Assembly: GCA_964552925.1 (NCBI GenBank) | Contig: CAZKJA010000001.1 | Coordinates: 1-37,136, forward strand | Source of the DNA: an uncultured Treponemataceae bacterium | Lineage (GTDB): Bacteria; Spirochaetota; Spirochaetia; Treponematales; UBA12059 | Direction of reading: 5' to 3' | Length of the DNA: 37,136 nt | Shown here: positions 36,654-37,136 of the stretch, one piece after another | Layout: each line of letters opens with the position of its first letter | Position numbering within the stretch: the first letter of the stretch is position 1 | Notes under the pieces: model-generated | Database searches by the model: none | What the model was told of the DNA's origin: nothing | What the model saw: the letters and a program-made list of their open reading frames with translations, nothing else | Made by a program: the position numbers and the translations under genes

Positions 36654-37136
36654 TCAATAGTACAGCTTGATATCCTCGGTGCGCGACTTGTGCCTCATCT
36701 TGAGATACATCGCGCCTGCCGCCCGCTTGTAGAAGTATCCGGAAGCGTTGTAGTTCTCGAAACTCGCGTCCATGTTGTAATCCAAGCCGTACAGCTGGAT
36801 CCTTGTGAATGGCTTGACGCCGTACAACACCAAATAGTGCGATGCGCCGACGGGCCAATCCATCGAGTAGACAGTTTTTTCGGGGCTGGATTCCAAGGCG
36901 ATGCCCGGGGCGGAGGTCCAGGCCCAGGAGCCGGGGCCGAGCGTCTTGTAGAAACTTATCGCGTGCGGGTAATAAGGAGAATCGCCGACTATTTCGTAGA
37001 TCGCGGCAGCGGGCAGCAGGTCCTGTGAACGCACGACAGTATTGCCGGTTACTGTCACGCTGGCGGGCACTGAACCGTCCTCGCCGGCCAGCTTGAGCAG
37101 GCTCGTCACGAGGCTCTGCCCTATGCCGGCGTAGAT
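36654..37136 (-). CDS. hypothetical protein, C-terminal part (5' end outside window)
   Basis: The reading frame is open to the window edge (IYAGIGQSLVTSLLKLAGEDG...), and the track start at 37109 is an internal GTG. The sequence is beta-rich and aromatic-rich, ending in DIKLYY. I recognise no family. Confidence 0.45.
   Translation of the reverse strand: MYAGIGQSLVTSLLKLAGEDGSVPASVTVTGNTVVRSQDLLPAAAIYEIVGDSPYYPHAISFYKTLGPGSWAWTSAPGIALESSPEKTVYSMDWPVGASHYLVLYGVKPFTRIQLYGLDYNMDASFENYNASGYFYKRAAGAMYLKMRHKSRTEDIKLYY

Overview
GC-rich chromosomal segment (GC judged by eye, not computed), almost fully coding: about 29 protein genes. I found no rRNA, tRNA, CRISPR array, transposase, integrase or phage gene. 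Lnt and several signal or lipobox peptides point to a diderm host. Taxon cannot be fixed from sequence alone. Housekeeping and catabolic content: a CUT2-type sugar ABC transporter (2135-5581), lnt, a DctS/DctR-type two-component pair convergent with a dctPQM TRAP transporter plus malic enzyme (10879-17572), galU, an acyl-CoA synthetase, and a GH13 alpha-glucosidase. The rest is unusually dense in signalling genes: two GGDEF cyclases, a class III nucleotide cyclase, three sensor kinases or relays, two membrane PP2C phosphatases, and a STAS/anti-sigma-kinase pair. Nothing here is provably a new system. Candidates worth follow-up: (1) a hybrid sensor whose kinase core (DHp remainder plus HATPase) is cleanly missing while Cache/PAS, REC and HPt are intact (8205-10640). 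(2) A secreted 1081-aa WD40-propeller/caspase (C14) fusion next to a membrane cyclase with non-canonical specificity residues and an orphan LytS-type kinase (19291-25569). (3) A sigma-factor-less partner-switching cluster with two tandem membrane PP2C sensors (27480-32623). (4) A tightly coupled GGDEF / 2Fe-2S ferredoxin / alpha-glucosidase / DHOD-like operon (32598-36633). (5) A 116-nt near-perfect hairpin element in the galU-downstream spacer at the window centre (18480-18595). (6) An overlapping ParB/Srx-fold plus metallophosphoesterase gene pair (304-1867). All domain calls are by-eye motif recognition on the supplied translations. No database search was run. The ORF track uses GTG and TTG as M, so several starts were re-assigned.
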